Below are positions 38,476 to 51,679 of a stretch of 64,000 bases of DNA, one piece after another. The translations under genes and the position numbers were made by a program. Every line of letters begins with the position of its first letter. Position 1 is the first letter of the stretch. Source of the DNA: Eledone cirrhosa (Eukaryota); contig OZ024745.1 of the NCBI GenBank assembly GCA_964016885.1, positions 96,038,001 through 96,102,000 of the forward strand. The letters run 5' to 3'. The notes beneath the pieces were generated by a model. That model did not search any database, was not told the DNA's origin, and was given only the letters and a program-made list of their open reading frames with translations.

Positions 38476-40784
38476 GAACTATTATGACATTATAACAAGT
38501 TTATTGCCGACAGTCGTTTCGTCCGACCCCATGGTGGGACTTATCAAGGCATATAACATGTGATTGCAAGATCATTGTTTACATCAACGTATCACTCAAG
38601 GCTAACAGTTTGAAATTGTTGTATACATCAGCAACTCCGCTTTAAGGGGGGGCTCTTTTATATTAGTTGTCGGGGTCAGGGATTGAAGTTTAAAAATTAG
38701 ACAAAAATATATAATTCACGCATCAACATTAAACCAAGAGACTTGGGGTCCCGTAGAAGCACCTCAGAAAATCCCTCAATGAGTGCATAAAGCTTACAGG
38801 CTCCAATACACCTATTAGTCTAGAAGAAAATTAAGAGGCTAATAAAATAAGAAAATAAAAATATAAAGTTTCCCTAAAAAATATATAGAGTTCCTATGAA
38901 ATTTCTTCTAGAGAAAAAAAATTTTTTTCCGAAAGAAAAAAACCTTCTTCCCCCGAGATCACGTTTACAAAATTCAGAAAACTGAATTGAAAACTAGGTT
39001 GAAAGAAACTAATCAATTAGAGGTTAATTCAGAGAGCCTTCCATAAATCTCTCAGAAAAGGCCCCTTTACTATTTCCAATAGGAACTTCTTCCGAGAAGA
39101 ATTAAAATTTTAGAGAGCCTTTGAGGATAAATATAAAAACGAATTGAGGAAAATTATACATTAAAAGTTAAAAATTAAAAATTAAAAATTACGGTATTTG
39201 GGATATCCGAGGAATTTTCAAAGGGCTGCTTCAACAGATACAACTTAGGCATAATAGGTACAATAATCTAAGCAATTTAAGCAATTTAATTAGGGAGCAA
39301 CTCAAGGAGTTTATCAAGTTGGGCAAGATTAAAGAAAGTGGTAACTAAGAAAATACATAAGCAAAAAGACAATAATCATAAAATGTATCTCTAAGAAGGT
39401 ACAAGGTAGCTTCAGTGATCTAACCCCGTATTATCACAAAAAAACATTCTAAAGTCATTGATACAGGATTAAAAATTATTACAAAATCATTACAAAATTA
39501 CCACAAAATCATTACAAAATTATCAAATCATCACAAAATTACCACAAAATCATTACAAAACTATCAAATTATCATAAAATTATCGCAAAATTATTACAAA
39601 ATTATCATAAAATTATTGCAAAAATATAACAGGATGAACATTACTGGTGACCGTGTGGGCGCGATATCCATTCTGCCTATGCAGAATGGATATCGCGTAG
39701 GCAGAATGGATATCGCGCCCACACGGTCACCAGTAATGTTCATCCTGTTATATTTTTGCAATAATTTTATGATAATTTTGTAATAATTTTGCGATAATTT
39801 TATGATAATTTGATAATTTTGTAATGATTTTGTGGTAATTTTGTAATGATTTTGTAATAATTTTTAATCCTGTATCAATGACTTTAGAATGTTTTTTTGT
39901 GATAATACGGGGTTAGATCACTGAAGCTACCTTGTACCTTCTTAGAGATACATTTTATGATTATTGTCTTTTTGCTTATGTATTTTCTTAGTTACCACTT
40001 TCTTTAATCTTGCCCAACTTGATAAACTCCTTGAGTTGCTCCCTAATTAAATTGCTTAAATTGCTTAGATTATTGTACCTATTATGCCTAAGTTGTATCT
40101 GTTGAAGCAGCCCTTTGAAAATTCCTCGGATATCCCAAATACCGTAATTTTTAATTTTTAATTTTTAATTTTTAATGTATAATTTTCCTCAATTCGTTTT
40201 TATATTTATCCTCAAAGGCTCTCTAAAATTTTAATTCTTCTCGGAAGAAGTTCCTATTGGAAATAGTAAAGGGGCCTTTTCTGAGAGATTTATGGAAGGC
40301 TCTCTGAATTAACCTCTAATTGATTAGTTTCTTTCAACCTAGTTTTCAATTCAGTTTTCTGAATTTTGTAAACGTGATCTCGGGGGAAGAAGGTTTTTTT
40401 CTTTCGGAAAAAAATTTTTTTTCTCTAGAAGAAATTTCATAGGAACTCTATATATTTTTTAGGGAAACTTTATATTTTTATTTTCTTATTTTATTAGCCT
40501 CTTAATTTACTTCTAGACTAATAGGTGTATTGGAGCCTGTAAGCTTTATGCACTCATTGAGGGATTTTCTGAGGTGCTTCTACGGGACCCCAAGTCTCTT
40601 GGTTTAATGTTGATGCGTGAATTATATATTTTTGTCTAATTTTTAAACTTCAATCCCTGACCCCGACAACTAATATAAAAGAGCCCCCCCTTAAAGCGGA
40701 GTTGCTGATGTATACAACAATTTCAAACTGTTAGCCTTGAGTGATACGTTGATGTAAACAATGATCTTGCAATCACATGTTATA

Positions 40785-40831
40785 TGCCTTGATAAGTCCC
40801 ACCATGGGGTCGGACGAAACGACTGTCGGCA
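40785..40831 (+). ncRNA. minimal hammerhead ribozyme with U3-A8 variant core (mirror copy 38505-38551, - strand)
   Basis: UGCC-UUGAUAA-GUCC..GGAC-GAAAC-GACU-GUC|GGCA; helices I, II and III are all present. Confidence 0.75.
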
Positions 40832-40984
40832 ATAAACTTGTTATAATGTCATAATAGTTCCTTTGTTCTTTTTCACTAATATTTCTGCTCTGCGTATGCG
40901 CATAGAGCTTAACTAGCTACCGTCACATATTTGGTAAGTCAGACGTGATCATCGCGATTCACATACGTCCTACCATACATCTTA

Positions 40985-41028
<44 letters not shown>

Positions 41029-41029
41029 T

Positions 41030-42672
41030 GACAACTTGCTGCAGGCTACTGAAGAAACTTGTGGTTGGGGCAGAGCTTCAGCCAGACAGAGAGTGACCTG
41101 GTGGTGGAACAGCACAGTAGATAGGGCCATTAGAGACAAAAGACTGGCATAAAAGGCTTGGAAAAATGGTGGGAGTAGGGAAGGATACAAAGCCGCTAAG
41201 AGAGAAGCTAGACATCAGATGTACTTAGCACGCAGGGAGGCTGAGAGTAGGAGGTTTGCCAATGTTCTGCGATGGGAAGATCAGAGACGTGTGGTGTTCC
41301 ACATTGCAAGGCAGTGTGTCAGTGCAAATCAGGATGTTGTTGGAGATAAGTGTGTCCGGAATGATGCCGGTGTACTTCGTGCCATGAATGATCAAAAAAA
41401 GGAGGCCTGGAAATGTCATTATGAGAGACTGGTGAATGTGGAGAACGAATGGGAGAGAGAGAAATTACCCCAGTAGACCCGACAGAGGGACCAGCTATTG
41501 AGATTGACGAATATATGGTACAAGAGGCAATTAAGGAAATGAAGAATGGTAAGGCTGCTGGACCGTCAGGGATAGTTGCTGAGATGCTGAAGGCATCAGG
41601 AGAAGTAGGCACTAAACTGGTTGCACGCGTCATCAATCAAGCTATATATGGTGGTGTCATACCCAAAGACTGGTGCAGCAGTATTCTCATAAATTGCTAC
41701 AAAGGTAAAGGGGATGCTCTTGAGAGGAGCAATTATAGGGGCATAAAGCTGATGGATCAGGTTATGAAAGTGGCAGAGAGAATATTAGCACAACTGATTA
41801 GAGAAAGGGTCAAATTAGATGAGATGCAGTTTGGTTTTGTGCCTCGGAAAAGTACAAACAGATGCCCTCTTCTCAGTGAGGCAATACCCTAATCCTAACC
41901 CTAAGGAAACTAGGTGTAGAGGAATGGCTTGTGAGGACAGTGCACACTATGTACAGGGGTGCTGTCAGTAAAGTGAGAGTAGGTATGGAGTTTAGTGATA
42001 ATTTTCAGATACAAGTAGGTGTACATCAGGGTTCGGTCCTCAGCCCATTTTTCTAATGCAGGTGAGTTCTATAGAAGTGGTTGATAGCTTTCGGTACCTA
42101 GGTGATCAGATTAGCATGGGAGGGGGGGGGGTCTTCCGGGACAATAGTATCTAGAATAAGAAGTTGACAAAGAAGGGTTTCTCCCTGCGTACGAAAGGAT
42201 GGTTATATGATGCCTGTGTGAGATGCATGATCCTGCATGGTAGTGAGACATGGGCAGAAATTGCAGAGGATATGCGACAGCTGGAGAGAAATGAAGCAAG
42301 TATGCTCTGTTGGATGTGCAATATCAGAGTGCATGAAAGACCAAGCATAGATGAGTTGAGAAAGAAACTGGGTATAAGAGGGATAAGTTGTGGTGTGCAG
42401 GAGAGAAGGCTGAGATGGTATGGACATGTGATGTGCATGGAGGATGACCGCTAGGTAAAGAAGTGCCAAGAAATCCCAGTAGAAGGAAGACGCAGTAGAG
42501 GTAGACCACGAAAAACATGGGCGCAGGTGGTGAGAGCAGACCTCAGATCACTGAAACTCACCAAGGAGATGACGTAGGACCGTGACAAGTGGAGAGATGC
42601 TGTGCTGAATAGGACCCGTCCAACCCTTGCAAGCAGGGAAAAGCGGACGTAAAATGATGATGATGATGATGA
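41030..42672 (+). mobile_element. internally deleted RTE-clade LINE with (GAT)n tail
   Basis: 'MKNGKAAGPSGI..YKGKGD..SNYRGIKL..QFGF', 'GVHQGSVLSP', 'HGSETW..RRLRWYGHV..GRPRKTW'; stops and deletions. Confidence 0.85.
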
Positions 42673-45600
42673 TATATATATATATATACATATATATAAC
42701 CAAACCTGGTTTATAAACAAAGTTCACTTCCACTGCATTGTCTTAAATTGTTACAAAATGTTTGAATGTTCTATCACAATTTGGCCTGTTCTTTTTCTTA
42801 GAATTTATCCCTTTTGTTTGTGCTATATGCAACTAAAATGATTATGGTATCACTGTTGTTACTGTTGTTGTTATTGCTGCTGCTGCTAATTCTATTAAGT
42901 GGGGTTATCTACTAGCTTCACTAACAGATAACCTCACTAACCGATATTCTTCACAACTACTTGGCAACAACTGCAAAGAATATAAACACAGGCAGACTTT
43001 GTGGAACCAAATCAAGTGAAAACTAATTCACTCACTATTTTCACTTTAGTTTGCCTAATTTAAGCCAATAGTTTAATTTGAGTAGTAGAAATGTGATAAA
43101 TGAATCACCTTATGTAGCTTTCTTGATTATCTAGTACAGTTTCTAGAACACACTATTTCATATTTAGAAGACTGTTTAGAAATGTAATCCACATAATAGA
43201 CAACAATTTGTGTGTTTTTTGTTTATTTTTTTAATCAAAAATGTTAGCCTGTTTGAAAAAATGTATTGAAAGCACAAAGGTACATCTGATTTCCCAGTCT
43301 AAGTACAAAATTGTGTTTAGTTGAAGAGGAAAATGATTAATTAAATTGACCCCAGTATATTTTTGGACCTCCCTCTATTTACACCAGGACGTTTGAAATG
43401 TGATATCAGCCATGGCAAGATTTGAGCTGAGGATTTTAACATTTTGTTATATGGGCAACTATTTTTACAAACTTATTGACTCTCCTGACATTATTTTTGC
43501 TGACCACTAAATGTTTACCAAAAGTTTTAAAAAAAATGAGGAAATATTGTCTAGGATAGGTATGGGCAACCTTACTTATCCTAGAGAAAAATGTCTAATT
43601 AGAGAATTAAACATGTATCACAAGATACTTTTCTTTTCAGCAGCTTCCTTCCTGGGATTTATTCTTATGATGGATATTCCCCCAGTTTCAGCAATGAACT
43701 TTCAACTATTTGAGAAATTGGATGTCCTATTCATCATCACATCATCATCATCACTGTTTTACATCCATTCTTCCATGCTAGCATGGGTTAGACGGGTTGT
43801 TCTGTTGTGGGCACTACCAGCTCAGGTGACCATGTCTTGCTCATACAGAACTGATTTTGGCTTGATACAATCCTCCTGACAGGTTTCCACATAGTTTCTA
43901 TCTACTCAATTTAACTTACAAGGCTTGGGTTGATCCTTCTTCTTCTGTATCAGTGTTTGACGAAACATTATGTTCCATGCTGTTCAATCTTGGGTGAGAT
44001 CCCATACTTCTGAGGCTTTGATGTTGAAATTGTCCAGAAAGGACTTCATTTGACAACCTCTGGCATACTTCCCAGGAATGTTTCCACTAATGGAAAGGTA
44101 TTCCAGCATGCCTTTCCTGATGGGTTGATCCAAGACTATGGTAAAGACAGTTGCCCAAAATCCATGCAGTGGGATCAAACTCAAGACCTGATGATTGTAA
44201 ATCAAACTTCTTAACCACTCAGCTGTACTTGCATTCATAAGATTTGTTCTATAGTACTCATCATAAAGATAGTATACAAACATCTATACATATGCCATTT
44301 ATTCTATGATGTTTAACAGACCATGATTTTCCAATATTTATAAAACAGCCTTGTTTATAGCAATAGTTTGAACTCTAAACTCAGAAAGTCAGGAAATCTG
44401 TACCATTCAGTTATCAAAATAGTGTAGTTCTGAAATATAATCTGAAATGAAAATGCAAGTGAATCAAAACAAAAACAAAGAAATGGTACCAGCATTAGAA
44501 GAGTTGAGAAATCAGCCAATTGTTTAGAACACTTAATAGAAAATAAATTATAAGCTGTTTTATACTTGAATGAATCAATTATTGCACCCTTTCCAAATGA
44601 TTTCACGTGTGTAGTTCATGAAGCTATTTTTCAGTTTTCACTTCTGTAATCTCAATTACATCTTTGAAATATATTCAACCCTTTCTAAACTCCTATATAT
44701 GTCTGTACGTGTGTATTTATGCATCTATGCATGTGTGTGTATGTCTGTGTATGTATGTGTGTGTTTGTGTGTGCAGGTGCATATGTCATCATCATTATCA
44801 TCATTTAACATCCATTTTCCCTGCTACCAAGGAGTATATGTATATATGCGTATATATGTGTGAATGTGTGTATATGAATACATACATGCATGTATGTATG
44901 TATGGATGGCTGCATGGCAGTGGTTAAGATGTTTGCTTCCCAATCATGAGATTGTGTATTTGATGGCATTGTATAAGTATGATATCCATTATTATCATCA
45001 TCACTAATGTCATCCTCATCAATAAACCCCAGCGAGCTTCAATGAGATCAATCGTTCTGCTAGAAATAATACCCCAATCTTCCCTCAAATCATGCCCCAC
45101 TCTTTCAAAATAAGCAAGGCAAATTGGATACTATTAAAGATACTATACTAGAATGACTTTGGTTATATGAAGGGCTGGTCAGAGATTAAAGGACAGTAAT
45201 AATAATAATTGTTTCTACTTTTGGCACAAGGCCAGCAAATACCCAGTAGATTACTGGTACTTTATTTTATCGACCCCATAAGGATGAAAGGCAAAGTTAA
45301 CCTTGGCAGGATTTTAACTCAGAATGGCAAGGGCCGTAACTCTATGCGTCAAAGCATGGCGTCCGGCCCTCTACCGATACTGCCAATTCACCGCCCTATA
45401 ATAATAATTGTTTCTGCTATAGGCACAAGGTGAGCAATTTTGGGGAAGGGAAAGTCGATTAAATCGACCCCAGTGCATTACTGGTGCTTTATTTTATTAA
45501 CCCCGTAAGGATGAAAGGCAAACCTCGGCGGGATTTGAACTCAGAATGTAAAGGGCCGTAACTGTATACCGCGATGCAGGGTGTCTGACACTTTACTGAT

Positions 45601-46377
45601 ATTGCCAATAATAATAATAATAATCTATATCATCATCACCATCCTCATCATCATTATCATCAACATCATTACCATAACCACCACCACCACAATACCCCCA
45701 AGACCAACACCATCACTACCACTACTACCAACCCTTCCTATCATTACATATCACTCACTCCTAAAGTAACCCATACACTGCTTCTTACACCAATTACCTT
45801 TTGTTGGAGAAATGAAATTGAAGCATTTCATATCTCACACAACCACCATCACCACTTACAACAACCAACCACCACCATCAACACCACCACTTCTTACACC
45901 AACCACCCCAATGAAGGAATGAAATAGAAAATGTAAAAGAGATTCAGAGAGACATACAGAAAGGAAGAGAGACAGACAGTTATTTTCTGACAAAAGTATC
46001 ATCTGTACTGTCTAATGTTTTTCCTCTTGTGAGATACGATCATTATATGTTGGCTAGTCTCAATGTTCAACAAGGGAGATTCTACATTATCACTCAACTT
46101 GCTAGAAATAATACTCTAATCTCCCTCATAATACATCCCACCATCTTAAATAAAGGCTATGTTGAACAATGTTGTTCCTGAAAGGACACAACTAACATCC
46201 ATTTCCTATTATGTCTGTCTGAGCAGGGCTAATCAGGAGCTAAACAACAACAAAGTTTATTTCACAGCAATAAGCGAAGACCCCAGTTTAGAAATAACAG
46301 ACAAATTTCCATCAAATTACTACCTGCTATCTTAAATTATGAGAGGATATACTGGAATCAAAAATGAAATGTGTATA

Positions 46378-46716
46378 CAGTGTACTCCCAGCATTCGCAG
46401 TCCCAGCATTCGTGGTTCTGGTTATTCACAGAATATTCCTTAGAACCTAACTAATAATTGCTTGTAGAAACCACCGCATCTTTGCAGGATTGCAAATCTT
46501 TTCTGCAGATCTTTTTTTGGCTTTTTTCATGGCAATATATATTTTTTCATGCTTTTTAAACTATTAATAACAATATACTGTATTTGCCGGTCTATATTTT
46601 ACATTATATTTTGACATTTATAGGTATTTTTTATGGACCACGTCCAATATTTGTGGTTTTTCACTCTTCATGGGTGCTCTAGGAATGTAAACCCTGTGAA
46701 TACTGGGAGACCCCTG
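46378..46716. mobile_element. Tc1/mariner (pogo/Tigger-like) MITE with TA TSD
   Basis: TA|CAGtgtaCTCCCAGcATTCgCAG ... CTGtGAATaCTGGGAGacccCTG|TA. Confidence 0.75.
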
Positions 46717-47859
46717 TATATTACGTAAATGAAGAAAAAACTTTGTGGAAGGTAGTGTTTCTTATAGTATATATGTATAAACATCAGCATCATTATCGTC
46801 ATCATTGTCTTCATCATCATCATTTAATGTCTGCTTTCTCTGCTAACAAGAGTTGGGTGGTATTTATATATACACTCACTTGCTAGCAAGGAAAGTGGAT
46901 GTTAAAATGACAATAACGATGATGATAAAACAATGTATATACACTCACACATACATCACTGACTCATACATACACTCACACATATATACACTCACACATA
47001 TACACACTCACACATATACACACTCACATATAAACATATATACACTCACACATACATTCACACATAAATACACTCACATATACACACACACATACATATT
47101 CTCACATATATATGCACTCACACATACACACACAAATACATACACTCACACATACATACACTCACACATATATACACACATACACACACTCACACATATA
47201 TGCACTCACATATACATATGCTCACACATATATATACACTCACACATATATACACTCATACATACACTCACACATACATACACTCACACATACATACGCT
47301 CACACATAGATTCCCAGCAATTTCTGAGAATGAATCTTCCAGTTGTTTCATGAATAGAACAAACCACTTATTGAATTATTGTGAAAAATGATTGAATATT
47401 CCACACATATTTGTTCCCTTAACAGAATTCTATGACAGAATTAGCATGACATTGTGTGTGACATGGCTCTGCTTACCAAATTACAGGTACAGTCAATTTC
47501 CATAATTTCCACCTGTCCAATTCCATCCTCAGGATTTGGTTAACTATAGAGCTATGTTAGAAGACACTTAAGGTGCTTCAAAGAAGAATTGTATCCAGAA
47601 TCTTTTGAATATAAAGCAAATGTTTTAACCATATGTTAATGTGCCAACACACACACACACATTCTGGTCCACACACATTCAAAATGGCTAACTAAACACA
47701 TACTTTCCTTCAGTAAAAAATGTTTTTCATCCTTCTTTTTCTCACTCTCATGTATCCTTCTATTTCTTCTTCTTTTGCTCAATCTCTCTTCCACTGAAGA
47801 ACTAACATTTGAAACATTAAGTCTCTTTTCCTACAATATCAAGCATTAAAAGCCAAAGC

Positions 47860-49200
47860 ATAAAAACCAAAGTCGCTATCTTCAATTTAGTATTCGTGCC
47901 AACACTTACCTATGATCATGAATCTTGGGTAATGACCGAAAGAATAGGATCGCGAATACAAGCAACTGAAATGGAATTCCTCTGAAGGGTCTTCGAGGTA
48001 ACATTACTCAATAAAGTACGTAACTCAGAGATCAGAGAATTACTTCAGGTAGAGTCGCTACTTCTGTGAATTGAGAGATCACAGCTGCGATACTATAGGC
48101 ATGTGGTTAGAATGTCATAGGAAAAAATTGCTGGACAGATTTTACAGGCAAAACCAACCGGCACGAGGCCCACAGTCGACCACGAGCAAGATGGTTGAAT
48201 AACATCCAAGAGCTTGGCTGATCACACTTGGGGATCCAGTCAGATCAGTTAGAGATGGTTGCTTCTGACAGGACCTGCTGGAAGGAGTGTTTGAGGACTC
48301 TTCCCTCACAACCCTCTCAGGAATAAGTGGGTGAAGAAGATCAAACATTAAATGATGATATATATTAATACATCATCATTATATTATACTGTAAAATAAA
48401 GCACCAGTAATGCACTGGGATAATTGCTGGCCTTGTGCTAAAAATAGAAACAATTATATCATACTGTTCTGACTTGTTTTTCCTAGCTGTCAAGTGCTGC
48501 ATGGCAGGAATGAAAATTAGTGCAGTGAAGACTGAGACATTCTTCCTCTTGAGAAAGCGTGTACAGTGTGCACTGCATGTGAGTGCTATTACACTGAAGC
48601 AGGTGAAGAAGTTCAAGTATCTCGGAACTGTTTTTATGAGTGGTGGATAGCAGGAGGCTGAATTAAATGCAACAATGTCTGGAGCTGATGCAATAATATG
48701 CTAGCTTCTGTACACAGTCATCAGATCAATGGAGGTAGGTGGAAAATCCTAACTAGCTATTTTCAATTCAGTGTTCATGCCTACCCTTACCTATTGTCAT
48801 GAATCCTGTGTAATGACTGAAAGAATATTATTTACGAATACAAGCAGTCATAATAGAGTTCACCTAAAGGGTTTTTGGAGTAACAATACTTGATAGGGTG
48901 TATAGCTCAGAGATCAGGTAATCCCTCCAGGTAGAGCCAATAGTTCTCCACATCAGGTAACCCCAGCTCCAGAACTACAGACAAATGGTAGGACAGTCTA
49001 AATAGAAAGTTGTTGGACAGATTTTCTGAGCAAAGTCAGGTGGCAGGAGATCCAGAGGTAAACCACAAGGAAGATGGTTGGATAACACCCATAAGCTCAG
49101 TTGGTCTTGCTAGAAAATATGGGCTTCTGATAGGACCCTCTGGAAGGTGTTTCTGAGGACTCTTCCTCTGTGACCCTCTCAGTAATAAGTTGGCAAAGAA
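47860..49200 (+). mobile_element. two decayed RTE 3' fragments of the (GAA)n-tailed family
   Basis: 'PTLTY.HESWVMTERI.SRIQA' and 'LKQVKKFKYLG'; ends CTCTCAGGAATAAGTGGG..GAAGAAG. Another copy at 62850-63465(-). Confidence 0.75.
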
Positions 49201-49254
49201 GTAGAAGACTTTTTGCCTATACACACACACATATATATACACACAAACACATAC

Positions 49255-49287
<33 letters not shown>

Positions 49288-49608
49288 AACGGAAAAAATG
49301 AAACGAAATTTCATTTCTCATTCTTAGTATACATACTTATACCCAGCTTATGCTGACCAGGACTATCATGTTGCTTGTTTTTTTCCTTTCTTTGGTTTGC
49401 TTTTATCCTTCTATGTTGTTCACTTGTCCCCGTCGCTTTACGCGATTTATTGGTCCCAATAACTTCTTTTAGTTATTGCTCGCACCAACCTGAGCTATAT
49501 GATTTTTAATGCAATGAAATACCAATGATGGTTGGAAAATCACTGACGAAGGACTATTTTTATCATATGTAACCCATCTGCAACCACGCAGTATTCTTCT
49601 TTCTTCTC

Positions 49609-49659
<51 letters not shown>

Positions 49660-49750
49660 GAAGTATTTCCGTAGGAAAGGTAAAGGAAAAGAGAGTGCTC
49701 TATGTAGGCTACAGAGCTTTTTAGTTATGTAATAAACAACATAAGATAAT

Positions 49751-49816
49751 TATTTCATTTACCAGTGGTTTCTTGAAGACAGATATTTATGTCTGTCTTC
49801 ATTCATCAGAAACAAT
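49751..49816 (-). ncRNA. hammerhead-like motif of element C (mirror copy 59209-59274, + strand)
   Basis: CUGAUGA-a-UGAAGACAGA..UCUGUCUUCA-a-GAAA-CC ACU GG-UA; perfect 10-bp helix II, weak helix I. Confidence 0.65.
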
Positions 49817-49890
49817 ATTTATTTATGAAGTAGTAATATGGATTTGAAAACAGAGTAAAGGGTAAATGAAAGTGAGGCTGAAATAAAATA

Positions 49891-50074
49891 ATTGTTTCTA
49901 CTTTTGGCACAAGGCCAGCAATTACCCAGAGCATTACTGGTACTTTATTTTATCGACCCCGTAAGGATGAAAGGCAAAGTTAACCTCGGCGGGATTTGAA
50001 CTCAGAATGGCAAGGGCCGTAACTCTATACGTCAAAGCATGGCATCCGACTCTCTACCGATACTGCCAATCCAC
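49891..50074 (-). mobile_element. SINE inserted in the left arm of PLE C
   Basis: Absent from the right arm (59120-59150); inserted at AAT with an AAT duplication. Confidence 0.85.
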
Positions 50075-50394
50075 AATGGGCAAAAAATTGAGGGGAAAAA
50101 AATTAATAAATAAATATCTAAATACATAAACATACATAAACTCACTCATATACGTAATAGAACGTAAACATATACATTCACACATAAATATATGTGCGTC
50201 TACATGGAAATACAAATACACACATATGCGTGTGATCTTTCACTCGCATATGCGCACCGATACATTGGGAAGTAGTTGGGGGACCAGATATAAATAAATA
50301 AAATTAAAAATCAAGGAAATAAAATGAAAGCAAAAAGGGACGGGTTGACAACGAAAGGTGGGGTGGGGAGGGGGATAAATAAATATATATATGT

Positions 50395-50433
<39 letters not shown>

Positions 50434-51175
50434 CACACACATATATATATATATATATACATATACATATGTGTAGCGACGCTGGTTGGTCAGTCTAGTC
50501 ACTACTTCTGATCAGATCCGAGAATAGTCCTTAGAAGGACTGTTTTCGCATACGGTCTGATCAGATCTGAAGATAGCTCTTAAAAGGACTGTTGTCGCAT
50601 ATAGCCCTTAAAAGAACTGTTGAGGATGGACAGACGAAAGCACAAGTTGAAAGGACGAAGCAAGGCGAGATGTAAATTCGATCAGTTATTTATTTTCACA
50701 TGAAGCAACGATACGGAGTACAAGGCAATGCGTGTGTGAGTGACAAAGCGTGGCAGAGTAAAGGAACAACGATACGCTAGCTGACTCTGCCAAAAGTCGA
50801 CTAGTGAAAGTGTTAGGAACCACTCTATTTATACAGGAACAATCCTTTGTTGTTTATGTGGGTATGGTGTGGCGTGCGGGGGGGGGGGGGGGGTGGAGTG
50901 CTCGACCGGAAGGGGTCTTTGACCGGAAGGATGCTCGACCGGAAGAGCCAGGAGAGGGCCTCTCTCTAGTGGTGACCAGCATACGGTGAGGACGCGTTTT
51001 GGGGCAGCTCCCGGTGTTAAGCAGTCGGACGCACGTGGAAGAGGAGTACCTGCTGTGGAATTTAGCGGCGCCTGTGAAAAGCGGTAAGTGAGATAGCTTT
51101 TTCTAACCACAAGCTATTTCGGCGACTGAAAAAAAAAAAAAAAAAGAGAACACTTGCCGCAAAACAAATCAGAAG

Positions 51176-51640
51176 ATGGCGACAAGACTACGGATGAACG
51201 AAGCTATCAGGCCATTCACCGGGGAGGGTGATGTTGTCGCTTGGCTGCGGAAGGTTCGGCTGGTCGCAGGCTTGCAGAAGATAGAAGACGTGGCCGGTCT
51301 CATTGCATTGTACCTCGGGGGCGACGCGTTGGTACTCTTCCTAGAGTTGGACGAGCACAGCCAAAGAGATGTGCAGAAGATTGAGAGGCGACTGATGGAT
51401 GCATTCGCCGAGGGACCGTTGGCGGCTTTGGCTAAGCTGGCGAGAATCAGGTGGAATGGTGAGCGCGTCGACATTTTCGCAGCGGAAATAAGGCGGTTGG
51501 CTATGTTGGCCAGTTACCAGGCAGAATGCGAACGCACGGTGCGGTTGGCATTCATCAATGGATTTCCGGACGACATAGCGGTGAAACTGCAGCAAGTCCC
51601 GGGGTACAAGGAGATGGAAATGCGTGGGTGGCGAGGTCAC
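51176..51640 (+). pseudogene. Gypsy gag (truncated)
   Basis: 'IRPFTGEGDVVAWL.KV.LVA.L..LYL.GDAL..AFINGFPD'; fused by a deletion to mid-RT. Confidence 0.75.
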
Positions 51641-51679
51641 GGATGTCTGTGGGGAAACCCTGCGTGAGTGGAGACGCAT

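Larger units (their letters stand above)
38083..40988 (+). mobile_element. non-coding palindromic PLE-derived element B (~1.2-kb arms) with hammerhead, in (TA)n
   Basis: Arms 38083-39679 (interrupted by a solo LTR) and 39698-40882; 18-bp spacer; ~105-bp unique tail; (TA)n on both sides; no ORF of 60 aa or more in the track. Confidence 0.8.

Noticed and set aside
38083-40882. Long palindromes as pure assembly artefacts
   Set aside because: Arms differ by independent TE insertions with TSDs, by indels and by substitutions, which implies real, aged inverted duplications. Read-level confirmation is still desirable.
47794-47823. CTGAAGA..GAAAC..GTC hammerhead-like string
   Set aside because: Neither helix I nor helix II pairs convincingly; at best a decayed remnant.
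49540-49600. CTGACGA core in a TA-flanked fragment
   Set aside because: No GAAA and no helix II; possibly an old pLTR but not supportable.
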